Assembly (NCBI GenBank): GCA_005222975.1
Contig: NJBI01000034.1
Location: forward strand, 1-38,318
DNA from: Promethearchaeota archaeon Loki_b31
GTDB lineage: Archaea; Asgardarchaeota; Lokiarchaeia; Sigyniarchaeales; SOKP01
Reading direction: 5' to 3'
Length of the DNA: 38,318 nucleotides
The position numbers and the translations under genes are program-made. This document shows, piece after piece, positions 38,066-38,318 of this stretch. Each line of letters opens with the position of its first letter. Position 1 is the stretch's first letter. The notes under the pieces were generated by a model. That model ran no database searches, was not told the origin of the DNA, and saw only the letters and a program-made list of their open reading frames with translations.

Positions 38066-38318
38066 ATGATCACCTATGTAAAATTTTTTAGTATAATTGA
38101 CCAATTTTTACCCAACTTTGACGAGCTGTTTATCGAGATTAATTCATTTATAGAATTGGTATTTGGGTATTTGAAATACGTTTTTTTTGGTATACTTCTC
38201 ATTATCGGAATCTTAACCTTATTAAGTTTAAGAGGTAAATACTTTTTAGAAAGAATAAGATACAGCGAGGAAAAAAAATTAGCAGATAATCCTATGACGA
38301 AGCCTCGTTTGATTCTGG
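38066..38318 (+). CDS. partial membrane protein running off the window end
   Basis: Open frame from ATG 38066: MITYVKFFSIIDQFLPNFDELFIEINSFIELVFGYLKYVFFGILLIIGILTLLSLRGKYFLERIRY... Confidence 0.6.
   Translation, partial: MITYVKFFSIIDQFLPNFDELFIEINSFIELVFGYLKYVFFGILLIIGILTLLSLRGKYFLERIRYSEEKKLADNPMTKPRLIL

Overview
Low-GC chromosomal window from an Asgard archaeon, very probably Lokiarchaeia/Promethearchaeota. The assignment rests on a Loki-type profilin, a Rab-like small GTPase, a tandem roadblock protein, a RING-like finger and a Loki-CTERM-type surface protein. Most of the window is housekeeping: an aIF2-beta/DUF424/NMD3/RIO1/Dim2 operon, FtsZ, TFB, RpoP (missed by the ORF track), RPA, thermosome, Tsr3, PyrH, pantoate kinase, ProC, MfnB and PAC2- and PAC4-like chaperones. 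It also carries one complete IS1634 with terminal inverted repeats and a 5-bp target duplication. The main observations are: (1) three of the four tRNA genes are interrupted by seven BHB-type introns, all at non-canonical positions, including a triple-intron tRNA-Asn with a 4-nt micro-exon; (2) an 850-aa orphan protein built from four ~96-aa HTH-like modules with a conserved framework and a hypervariable putative recognition helix, fused to a possible nuclease domain; (3) aIF1/SUI1 apparently starts at ATT, which suggests IF3/eIF1-like autoregulation; (4) a profilin with an extra C-terminal helical domain; (5) an aroA'-like aldolase gene with an ATT start and a +1 frameshift. All calls come from reading the sequence by eye; no database searches were run.
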